NCBI GenBank assembly: GCA_030704615.1
Contig: CM060731.1
Span: 34,906,001 to 34,970,000 of the forward strand
Direction of reading: 5' to 3'
DNA: 64,000 bases
From: Takakia lepidozioides
Taxonomy: Eukaryota > Plantae > Bryophyta
The notes beneath the pieces were generated by a model. The model saw only the letters and a program-made list of their open reading frames with translations, made no database searches and had not been told where the DNA came from. Within the stretch, counting starts at the first letter, position 1. The number at the start of each line of letters is the position of its first letter. A program made the translations under genes and the position numbers. This document shows, one piece after another, positions 23,992 through 35,684 of this stretch.

Positions 23992-26900
23992 ATGGGGGAA
24001 AGGTTGTACTCCCTGAGTTATAATCTGCTGCTGTTAGCACTCTTCTTTTGTGTGGGCCACTGTAAGATTACAACACAATACAATCGTTGCCCTTATTGGA
24101 AAGGGAGTTACACAAGTATGCAGCAATGTTCTAAAACTCAAGTGCCTCTGATTCAGTCGTCGTTGTCTTCTTCACCAACCAATTCATCCAGGAGGAAGCT
24201 GCTCGCTGGTAGGTAGACACCTTCACATACCTCCATCACTTGTTCACAATAATGACTGGGTTCTATCCGAATGCAGGGCCCACTCCTGTCTTAGTTGTTT
24301 GTCAGATCCTTGGTCTCCATAACCAGCCTCCCTTGCATGTGCACACAACATGTCTGTGCACCTGGGAAATATCAACAGTGGGCGGATTTGCCTACTTGAA
24401 TTACAGCCCACAAAAGCTGAGTATGGTGATATCCTCACTTTGAAGGAGAACTGCTAAAGGGCACTGGAAACGCTTACTCACTTGTAATTTGGCAAACACA
24501 AGTAATTGACCAGGTAATGTTTGTTTGGTACTGCAAGATCTGATGACAACATATTTATCTCTCTACAGAAACTCAATCTCTGGTAGAAGCTTACAGTTTT
24601 GAGGACTCCAAGTGCCTGGCAGCGTACCTGCATGAGGCAAATTCTCTTTAGCTGTTTTCTTGTTGGTCTACTTGTCCCACAGCCGCCTGTGGATGTTGTT
24701 CTTTTTTATGGTATCAATAGAAGAACCATTTCAGAGCAATACTCACAATCAAGCGTTCCTGATCGCATTGTGGTCCCAAATGCCTTCAGGATGCCTCATC
24801 AAGACGTAACCAAAGAGATCTGTCATAAGTATCTGTCATTGTTTTGTCAGGAAGCATTGAGGAATGTTTCCTTTCTTCAGAAATCAGCTCGTCCAGATTG
24901 TGTTCAACTCCTCTACCCTCATGCAGCCAACCGCACTCATGGCTTATGGTTGCATCAAGGGAGATATGATTGTCATTACTCTACTAGAGCTGAATGGAGG
25001 GTAAGTCCTCTATATCTGTCCTGCGCTTACAGATGAAAACAGCTGGGGCAGCTCTGGACTTTTAGAGAAATCCCAGCAGATAATCATCAAAACCCAATCA
25101 AAGGTTGTATCCATCGCCCATGGATGAGGCTAAAAGACACGGTGCTGGGGTTGGAATGCAGACTGTTCAATGACTAGTGGAGATGCAATCAGTCGGGAAT
25201 GCACCTCCCTGCAGTTTGGTACTCCATATAATAACTTCAGGTTTTTCCCGGCAGGGACCATTGTGATGTTCAACATCACCAGCATGACCAGGGCCTGTCA
25301 AAGTCAGCTATGTTATAGCTTGGGCCTTGTGTGCAATCTGACATGCTCTTGCTGTAAACCATATACGAGTTCGGATCCGGGCTTCATGTTCAACCTTCTT
25401 CCACCTGTGAACAACCTTCAGCAGAATTACAGCCAATTTCTGAACTGCTCCATCGGTGCACAGGCAGATACAAATGGAAACTGGGAAGTGACATGCATTT
25501 TTAATGGATCTGGGTTTGCAAGCATGACATATCCAGCCGGATTCCAGTTTACGTGGCCAAAGAGTGCAGGCTCTCAGGACAATTACACGTTTATGGAGCC
25601 CATATATATGACTCCAGGTGAGTGGCACTTTCTCACTGATCTTGGGAGGGTATCTATTAGAGCTGGCATGGGGTTTATCAGCCTCTGCAAATTGCTTCAG
25701 TCAAACCCCACTGCAATCCCTTCAAGCACCTTCGAGCACACTCTCACTCTCACACACACCCTCTCTATATATATCTTTGAAGCAGGAGCGCCCTGTCAAA
25801 CAGGCTGAGTCCTGGCAGAAGAGGGTAGAAGAGATTTTCAAGGATCTGAATCTTAAGTCCGCAAGCCACGACCCTGCTGGATAAATCTGACTTAGAGGCT
25901 GAGGTTTCCAAAGCCATGTCTGTTGCCTGGGAATTGTCTGATGAGAATGAAGTTAGGCAGAAAACTTCCCTGAACCTGTTTCCATTCTGAGACATGGGTG
26001 AGGCCCTCATGGATGACCTCAAGGACCCACTCTCGGCACTAGACTGAATTCAAACCCAGGACGGGTAGCCTACCTTTGAACAGCAAACAGACGCAGAGAG
26101 GAAAAGGGGATTGTAAGTGCCCGTTGCGTGGGCAACCTGAAGACAATATCCACTTTCTGATGCATTGTCCTGCGTACTCTCACCAGAGAGACACCCTCTT
26201 CAATTCCATCAAGGGAATTGTTCCTGTACCTCCGTTTACCAACTTTGAAAATCTTGTGGCTGAGCCAAAAGCCCAGGCCCCCTTTTGGGGTCTACTTATT
26301 GGGCAAATCACTCACAGCAGATTGATGTTGGGATTTCTAGAGGATATCTGGAAAACTCAGATCAATTGCATGCTTCAAGGTAAGTCATACTACCGACGTC
26401 AGCCCCTAACAAAGGTAGTTTGTGTCCCGTTTGTGTTCCACTCAACCTGGGGGTGGGGTCAATCGCCACAAGGCTACGGCAAACAGAGTCTTATGAGTAC
26501 ATTCTCTCTTTGAATAGTCCTGTGGTTCTGTGCTGTTCTGCTTGTGTCCATTTCATCCTTTGGGACTCCTGCAGACATAATAAGCTATTTTTTTTTTCTC
26601 TTCTATCTACTTCCTATTCCCCCTGCCAAGGACAAATGACTGTCTCTGTGTCTAAGGTGGGGCTTCAACGCCTCTGCCAATCCCCAGGTGTTGTTTCACT
26701 CCCAGCCTGCACATGGAAATGGGATACCACAGAGAGATTCCCAGCTCTGAGTAGAGGGGTGCTCAAGGTCATGCTCAATGACGCCTACAACAACACTATA
26801 ATGTATTCCACTGGTGCTAGTGACGACCCATTAAACTTCAACTGGGTTTTTAACGTGCTATACCATGCAAACAACTCAGTTGTGCCTCTTAATGTCATTG

Positions 26901-27047
26901 CTGCACCTCAAGTGGTGGACAATCTGCCCAATGGCTACTACAGTATTCTTATCTATTCATATCAGGAGGGAAAGTTCCGTATCTATGTCAGAAATGACAG
27001 GAATGAAACAGTCCTCAACATGCCAGCCAATTTCATTGTTACTCAAG
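23992..27047 (+). CDS. GEX2-like secreted protein with filamin/Ig-like repeat(s); exons ~23992-24208, 24277-24420, 25162-25617, 26688-27047; 3' end unresolved
   Basis: Signal peptide; phase-consistent GT-AG exons; PGVVSLPACTWKW..KVMLNDAYNN..GYYSILIYSYQEGKFRIYV..VLNMPANFIVTQG resembles the recalled GEX2 filamin-repeat pattern. Confidence 0.6.
25790..26400 (+). mobile_element. 3' fragment of a non-LTR retrotransposon (post-RT zinc-binding region) inside an intron
   Basis: KCPLRGQPEDNIHFLMHCPAYSHQRDTLF..LGFLEDIWKT matches the C-x2-C..EDxxHFLxxCPAY signature of LINE ORF2 C-termini. Confidence 0.65.
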
Positions 27048-28944
27048 GTTTGCAACTCTCTGGCTCCTCTCTTGCAATTGTCAGGTGTTTTCTAGCGACA
27101 CTTGGACACATACTTGGACATTTCCTGTAATGGGGGTCAGCAGCATTTGTCAGCTACTAACTTCTCACATTCATGACCATTCCATTTCCAAAGAGATTGG
27201 AAAGTCTGAGTGTGATATGGTAGAATGAGAGGCCATGGTTTACTCCAGTACAGGGAGGTCAACCACTACAATAGAACTCGAAACGCCTCTTGACAAAAAA
27301 TGGCTATGGGTAGTTCATGCAATGGTGTTTATTGATCCTCATTTGGAGGAAGCTAAGAACTAATTAAGAACTATGGGGGGGAGGAGGGTGGGGGTTACTG
27401 TGACCTGGCCCATCCAGTAGCAGAAGAGGGAAGATATTTGCAGCAGTCTTCAAGGTGGTATATACAGGTGGTGTTGAAAGAGTAGCTTCCATGTCAGGCT
27501 TGTCCATTGTGAAGGATTTTGACAGTACTGTCAGGTGTGAACAGCATTGTCTCCCTCATTTGCTGTCTGGTACAAGGATAAACTACACCTTGCTACAGCC
27601 ACAGAATCTTCAAGGCGACCCTGGGAGACAAAGATTACAGGATCCATTAGGTGTGTTGTGTCTGCTTTACTGTGGATAGGAGTACATACTCTATAGTAGC
27701 GAACCTGCACAACTACAAGCCAAAAAATGGGTATGAGCACGACCTACTCTTGTGTACAGACAGCCGTGCACATATCAGACTTCACCTGTAGGCTTGTGGA
27801 CATGGACTCACATCAGGCTTGGAGGGGGGAGAGAGAGAGAGAAGGGAACTATTATCTGTGCGAGCTTGGTGAAATGAGCGTTTGCTAATCAAACAAAGGA
27901 GGTCTTCAGGAAGGGAGAGGGCAAGAGATGCTTAGAAGCCATGATGCTCAAAAGAGAGGGACCAAGCACGATGGGAAATCTGGTCTTACAAAGCACTCTT
28001 CCTCACAGACTTGTGCTGATTGAATTGTATACTAAAAAGATTCAATCTTTGGCTCTAATAAACCATTTTGTAGACAAGTGTCTGAACTACTAAGAGTGGG
28101 GAAATCAGTCTGCCCTTCCTACTCTCCTCATGGGCGCTAACAATTATTATAGGCTCACACCTGAGGGTTAGGAGTTAGGACTGACTATAACATCTCACTT
28201 TTAGATCGTATTTTAGAGACTTCCAAACAAGGGACGCAGTTTGGCTCCCTCCATAATATTTCATCAAACTTGAAAGTGCAACTCAACATCAGCACACACA
28301 GGCTTAAGCTTTCAACAAGATCTATTTTGCATGAAAGTTGCAGGTTAGTTTAACAATGATCCCATTATAGCTGGATTGCCAATTTTTGTCTAGTCCGCTG
28401 TGTAGAATCAGAATCCTTCCTCTCTGCCCCTGGTAGCCTGTTGAGTGTTTAGCTTCAATTAATATTTTGACAGAGTGGATGGTTGGCAAGGAGGAGACCA
28501 CACCTTGCAAAGGCCGAAGTAACCCAGGAAATCCAAATGGTTACATTTGTAAACCTTTGTTACTGGCACCTAAGTGCTCCTTTTGGTAATCAAAAGGGTA
28601 TGACCTGGCCATCAATCAAGCTGGTCAGATTACGCGAGATATCTCTCCGATGATGTCGACACCAAAACTCCGGAAACATGAAGACCAAGTTTGTCACTAT
28701 TCACTACTCATGCAGGGCATTATCAGTTTAGGGCTGACTGATCATCCAAACATGGAAATGTTCAATTACCTAGGCTTCTCTTTCTACATCATAAAGATCA
28801 ATTGCTCAAGACCCAACTAAATTACAGTCTAACCCCAATATGAAGGTGGAATCTCTCCATGATAGTGCCACGACATGATGCTGCTGAAAAGATCCTGACT
28901 ATAGTTTCGTACAAACTGCAATAGGCAGCAGATGGGGATTTTGC

Positions 28945-31900
28945 CTACACGGGTGGGTAAAAATAAGAGCTCAAAGCAAAAGCCATGAATAGAAGGCCTC
29001 CAACAGTAGCTACGGAACGTTGTGAGATTCGCAAAGCCAATATTCGTCCACCAATTACTGCAACAGAAGTGCAAATGGTGTGCCCAATGGTTGCCCCCAG
29101 TGTCACTCCCCAGGGGTTTTTGTGTGCTGCCAGCTGCATCCCACAGATCTTGTTACAGTCACATGTTTCATTGAACAAGTACGACTAATCAAAGGAGTTC
29201 CCTTGATACAAGGTCAATGTAGTTCAGGCTAGACTCTGATGCTCTAATATAATATATCAGGAAAATGCTGCAACTCTCCTGCAAAAAGAAAGGCTTTCAC
29301 TTTCAAGTCCTGAAATCAAATCAAGAGCATACCGCAATGGTTGCAATTTGGCTTCGATCTCCCCATTCTGCCAGAAAGGTGAGAATGAATGACTGCAACC
29401 AGATCAAAATAGAAAAACTTGTTAGGCTTCGGCACAAATTCCATGCCACATTTGCCAGCTTGACACATGCTAGGGTTTGCTAAAGCTTCACAACCAAGAG
29501 TAGGAAGATGTTGGAAGTAACAGAGCTCAAGGAAGCAACTGCAACACATGTTCATCAAGCCCTTTCTCACAAAGTTTAATCTTCTATTTGATAAGGTGAT
29601 ACAAGAGGGACAGGAAACACCTCAAGGAAAATAGGCGTGCAGAATCGTGCAAAAAGGCGACGCGCGAATGTCTTCTTCTGGGGAGTTCCTTCAAGTTTCT
29701 CTTCAACCTGCTCCAATCAGTGCAATTTGCATGTATGTGAACTAAGACTTTCAGATTATTGGAAGATCCGATTTGTTAGCGAAACACAAAATCACACTTC
29801 CCATATTCTGCTCACAAAAACACAAAAACAAAAACAAATTGGGATACAAATACGACTCCAGGGGTTTAGTTCCTGCTCCTCATGAAAAAAGTGGCAAGGA
29901 AGCTCAGGTACTTGCAAACAGGGAGTATCCGTCAAACCCTGACACCAGTCAGCTAGTTCATAACAACCCTGCTTGGTGAGAGTTCCAATATAGTCTTTCC
30001 ACCAGATCACAGTAAAAGGAAGAGTGGAGACGGTGAGGAAAATTGTGCAAATCCCCTCCAAAATTTGGTGCAGAGTCACAAGCATCCTTTACTCAACACA
30101 TACCAAAGAAACCCCACAGAAGTGCTGGAATCAGCTAGGGATGTACCAAGAAAGGCAAAAGTACCTCTTCCAGTTCCCTTTGAGGAGTGTTACTAGGATC
30201 AGCTCGCCAGGCGATATAGAGCAACCGCAACCCAAAGAACGTATACAACACTGCCATAGAAATAATTCCCTTCTTAGACATTCACAATTAGCACAAATGC
30301 TGGGTCCATGGCAAGTCATAACTTAGGATGAGCAAAGGAATGACATGGATTATACTTGGGACACGCATTAATGAAGGGTGGAAATGAAAGCACATGTTGA
30401 AAAATGTAGGCACCTGTAGCAGCATTGTTAGTATGCTTTCTGGATATCAAGTTGGGCACAATTCTTCCAAGTCCTGTTGAGAGAACCTGTCACAGCACAC
30501 AAGCCTGATTAAACAGAGTGTACTTAACCTGAACAAATATGAACTTTACCACCTCTGCTACCTATTGAAATCCCAAAACAGCTTCACACAAAAACCATGT
30601 CAGAGCACATTTATGTGAAATGCTTGAAGTGTGATACACCTCAAGCAATGTAAAACTCCTATCTGGTTTCTGAGAGTTACATAGATGGACAATTTCCTGT
30701 CAGTGCACAGGTAGCCTGACATAGATTTTGCTTTGCAATAGCCTGTACAAGGACTAACTAAAAATGTCGTTCAGTAAACTTTTGAATACTAGTACCAATT
30801 GTTGCCAGCTCTGAGGATAAGGAGCAAGGGCATACTTACTGTCATGATGACAAGGGCACTAAGAGCCCCAGAGAGTACAATTGTACGTGGATGCCGCATT
30901 GCCATCAGCGCAGCTATAATAAAGGTTTCATCCCCGATCTGACACAGGACAATACAAGAGCTTATAAATGATAGATAGGGTTGGTCATATCCATGAACAG
31001 TGTCAGGCATCAGTCCTTGTACATGGCACATTGTAGACAAGTAGAGATGAACCTTGAAAAGAAGCTAGGGCACAGTTAACAACTATTCCACACTATGAAT
31101 ACCTCGCTAACAAGGATCATGGACAGACTTGTGATTGTTGCATCCATGAAGCCTTCTCCCCCCGATCCTGATGCACCATCTCCATCAATGTCCTGTGTAG
31201 CCTCCCCTTCAACTTGGGATGCATCTTGTGGCATCTTTGGAAACACAGTATCCTTATTCAGCAAAAGCTGCACAACAGAGCAATGGTTCATGACAAGATC
31301 CTCTTCAATGCCGTTGCCTATTTTGGGGATGGGAGATCCACTTGCCATCATTACTACAATGCATGAATTTAACCGAAGTGTTGAATCCCACACACCTCTC
31401 TTTGCTGTGACTGGGTGTCAAGGCAGTAGGGTGTGAAAGGTCCACCACAACTGTTGTAGTTAAAACTTAAAACTGTATAGCTGCGGTGACATCTTCATAA
31501 AGAGAGAGTGAAATCTTGCAAATACTCCACACCAAACGACACCACAATTGTATATCATCAGTAAGGGTGCAGCTCCATCTCTGACACTGCATACCATTGG
31601 CTGGGGAATCCACAGTAGTTTCATAATAATGCTGTCAAGTCTTGTGGGTCCAAAAGCCAGAAAGGTCAGCCCATGTGGATTGCAAAGAATCATACTGAGG
31701 TGCACATATTTTAGTATAAATCCCAAAAACCTGAATGACTACCTTCGATCGGTGCGCCCCAACTTTCTCAGTCTGGCCTGATGCGTTACCAACTCCTTCA
31801 GCACCATCAATCTTCTGCGACATCAAGCCACGCAACGTAAACTACAAAACAACCTCAGGCTCTCCACCCTGCATTGTGAAAGCCAATTTCACCTTCTGGA

Positions 31901-32260
31901 AACTTTTGCTTGGACACAAAACCCTGCCAAAAAGTTCTGCTTCATCAAGATCAGGTCGGAACATCCTGCACAAGCGAGACAGTCTGGGAAGCAACGCTCT
32001 CCAGCTGTATCCGTTGACACACAATGCAGCTTGACGCATTGACAATAAATCCAAGCATCTTCCGCATCTTCCGCATGGAAAGTAATTCAACCCCAGACCT
32101 ACTAATGGACCTTCCCCCTGACTCGTCGCGATCTACCCCTTCCGCTACACTTTTTTCCACGCATAACAAAGTCTGCTCAGGTCAGAGAATAAACCTTCAA
32201 CGCACATAAACAAGTAACCAACACCAGAACGAGCAGCAGGTGTGCCCGCATACGAGCCAT
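28945..32260 (-). CDS. GDT1/UPF0016 (TMEM165) family Mn2+/Ca2+ transporter, PML3/BICAT3-like; multi-exon
   Basis: Signal peptide MARMRAHLLLVLVLVTCLCALK; two family motifs EIGDETF and EWGDRSQ; VLSTGLGRIVPNLISRKHT, FCTPIFLESFILTFLAE and C-terminal SSYFYPPV. Confidence 0.95.
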
Positions 32261-33541
32261 CGCTAAGCAGAACTTCCACCTTGGCAGGGGATCTTTATTC
32301 CAAATCCAGGGATACCACTCCCAAAGCGCAACCGCGTCCCCAGCCACTGTTCAGCAAAATATAGCAGGCCAAGCCAGTCCTGTAGCAGGGATCGCCTCTC
32401 CCCCAGCCTTGCCGGTGCTGCCAAACGCAGTAGAATGGTCCCTCACAGGCATGCAAGATCCATGGCGCGTCTTGTCATGGCCCCTCTTTCCCACAAGCCC
32501 TCTGAGAGAGAGCGAGCGAGAGAGAAAAACAGTGGGAGGCAGGTCCCAATCCACGTACTCTTCTGATTCCGCTGAGCTGTCGTATAGGGATTGGCCTATG
32601 TGACCATCCATATATCAATTGAGGTGCTGATCTGCTGTTACGGATAGGTACATGACTTCTTTTCTTTTTTTTAAAAAAACAGGGGACAGTGGCCCTGATT
32701 CGAACTTTAATAATAAATCCCTGTTCTGTAAATAATAATAATAGTAAGAGCACAGCAAGTGGAAAAAATAATCACAGGGAGCCACGACGGCGTGAAGCAA
32801 AGGGAAACTCCCAAGACCTAAGTTAAGCAGCTGCAGAGAAGGAATTAAACAATAGAAGGCAGAATAGAAAGGGAACAGGTACCAGAGAGACGAGAAGAAT
32901 TGGGTAGAGGCTCCAGGAATGAACTGGGAGAGAGCAGCCAAGAAGCACTCAGGCAAAGCAGCAAGTACTGCAAATAAACCTAGAAATACCTGAACTAGTG
33001 CCGCAGGAGTTACAGAGAGAAGCTAGCCAGCATTCCTAAAATCCAGCTGAGTCTTGGACTTGGGCAGGTGAGCTTTCGGTGACGCCAATTAACCTCCGGT
33101 TCGTCGCCTTCCATTGGAGATTTGCCAGGACAAGGGGATGAATTCCATGAGACGTGTGAGGTAGAGTGGCGGTTGCAGAGGATATAGTATCTGCCCCAGG
33201 AGTGATCGAAAGCTGCAAGAAGGTCTTCTCATGATTTACAAGAACTGGCCGGATGTTGCAAGACACGATTGCGAGAAGGTTTCGAAGGATGTGGAAGAAT
33301 TCTTCAGCAAAGAGTCAGATTTGCTAGATGACTATGAAGAGGATTTGGAAGAAGCCGGGTATTTTGAGGATATTTTGAGGTTCAGATTTAAGATAGTTGC
33401 CCTGGTGATAATCAGATTTAGGCTACTTGACATTTCTGCCACTTCAAGGTCAGCTTATGATGTTTGAGTTTACTTCTGTGATCTTCTCATTCATGCTTGG
33501 CATATATAATGATGCCCACTCTGTATGTATTGGAAAGCCTT

Positions 33542-33599
33542 ATGACACATGGAATTCAGCCTGTCGTGAGATGACACATGGAATTCAGCCTGTCGTGAG
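33542..33599 (+). repeat. Tandem 29-bp duplication ATGACACATGGAATTCAGCCTGTCGTGAG
   Basis: Two consecutive copies visible. Confidence 0.8.
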
Positions 33600-35014
33600 C
33601 CTGTATGTGTCGTGAGAGTAAACTTCATACTTGGGTTGATATTTGTCTGGTGTGTCATGAGAAAAAATTACCTCATACCCGGGTTGATATCTGTCTGGTA
33701 TAACACAATTCCAAACCCTACTATTGATACCACATATTGGTTCGTGCAGAATGCAATACTTATACCCGTATTCTATTTCAGAAATCCTTATTCTGCAATA
33801 CCTAGGGCCATACCAGTGTTCACATTTCAAAACAAATCAAGCCCCGGACCCCGCTGGTATGTTGAAAATTCAATACCGGTACAACACTGGAGTGAACCCT
33901 GAAAAGAACATTTTCTAGATTTTTTAGTTCAATTCAGTCGCAAAGACAATTGAATTGAATTATGTATTTTTGATACGTCACAATTAAATTGTAACGCATT
34001 ACAAATCATTGTTCTTTTTGTTATTCCCCACATAGTTTGTAATGAGGCTAGGGGACAGAAGGACACGGAGAGAGAGAGGTCTCACTAATGCGGGAGATCC
34101 AACACTATCACTAACGTCCTAGGCAGAGCCACTTTATACTTGAGACACTTTGACTTCGGCGTATGTCACATCAATCTGTTAGCAACAAATGGTGAGTCCG
34201 CCGGATGCCCTGAAGTGCCCAAGTCACACTTTGGTCCCAGCCCCTTGGCTCTCCACTCTCTTTCCACTCTCTCTTCAGGCCAACAAAGGCCGTACGGTAT
34301 AGAATTTAATCCAGCCAGCCCATAAAGAACACTTGCCATAGCAAATCAACCATCGAAATCTGCGTGAAATTCTCCAATCCAAAAGAAGCGTTCCGTTGTA
34401 AAATTTGTGGTATAGGCAAGTGAAGGTGGTCTCTTGACAAGAGCGGGAGAGAGGGAGAAAGGAACAATGGCTCATCAATACCATATGTGATTTTTTTTTT
34501 TTTTGGGGAGGCCCCAGTGCATAACTTGATCGGATAATTTTAAAAATAAGAAAATAATACAAATTATTTCAAGCATTAAACCGATCTACTACCATCCCCT
34601 CTTCCTAAAAAAACAAAGAAAAAAAAAAACAGTTCTTGAGTCATAGAGCAAGCGAGCAAAAAGAGCCCCAAGGGTAGGACCAATCAGACGATGCCAGACT
34701 GCCAGTTGTGTCGTCCACCAGAATCTTGGTTCCAGAAAGATTCGTACTACCTGTCTGCAACTGTTGTGATCCTGGGGTCAAATCCAGGATCCGACATCTG
34801 AGGGAGGTCACATGTTGAGTGTACAGTCCGTCACATAGATACTAGGTTTCCTAATTTCCCGGGTCAAAAGGCGTACATCTGGCAGGCTGGATGAATTTCG
34901 TCACTCACCCATGGATGACTTTAGCAGCAGCGGGAGTTTCGGAGAGGCTGCGGGGGCAAGGAAAAAACATCAAAATGTGACAAAGACCAAAACTCGTTGA
35001 CGGAGTCAATCCGA

Positions 35015-35145
35015 TTTGGCGAAACCTCGCGAATAATCCGGCGAAACCTATTCTCGTTAATAACAATTGAACGGGCGAAACGGGCAGGCGTTGGCGAAAG
35101 CGAGCAGATGCTTCGAATTCCCGGCTGCTCTCAATTTTCCCGCCC
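35015..35145. promoter_or_regulatory. Cluster of E2F-like sites upstream of the SNF2 helicase gene
   Basis: TTTTCCCGCC at 35135-35144 plus four GGCGAAA copies at 35017-35099, two of which fit WTTSSCSS on the minus strand. Confidence 0.4.
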
Positions 35146-35684
35146 GCGCCCGGCTTCGTCGCGCACGCGCGGGACCTCATGCATGGGGCCATGCATGTGC
35201 GCAGCCAATGCGGGCATGGAGATGCATGGGGTGGCATGGGGTGGACGCTGTCCATTCAAGGGCTGGGTTCTGATCTTCGCGTTCCGAGCGAATGATTCGA
35301 CCCGCAATTTGGCCGCAGGGAGGGATTGCGTGGGAATTCGGGGACATAGATCTTTGGTTTGGTTTCGTGCGATGGAAGGATTCGAGATGGGGTGGGATGT
35401 GACGAGATGCCCGTGCGAAGTTGCTCAGATTTCTCGGTCTTGGCAAAGGGAGGTGGAGGCGGAAGGAGGAGCTGGGAATGGGAGCAATCTGAGGACCTCG
35501 CTGTTGTGATGGAGTCTTAGTAGTGAATGGTATGATTTCGAGGTGCAGGGCGGGTCCTGGCAGGGACGCATGCTTGTCGTGGAACAGGATGGGCAGCGTA
35601 GCAGTATGAAGTGAGTTGAGGAAGGGAGGAGAGTGGCTGTGTGGACGTAAATGCGCTGAGGGAGGCGAGCAGCAGGGAGAAGAG

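Noticed and set aside
33036-33467. Acidic ORF 33231-33467 as a gene
   Set aside because: Short, with no recognisable motif or exon context; probably a decayed fragment
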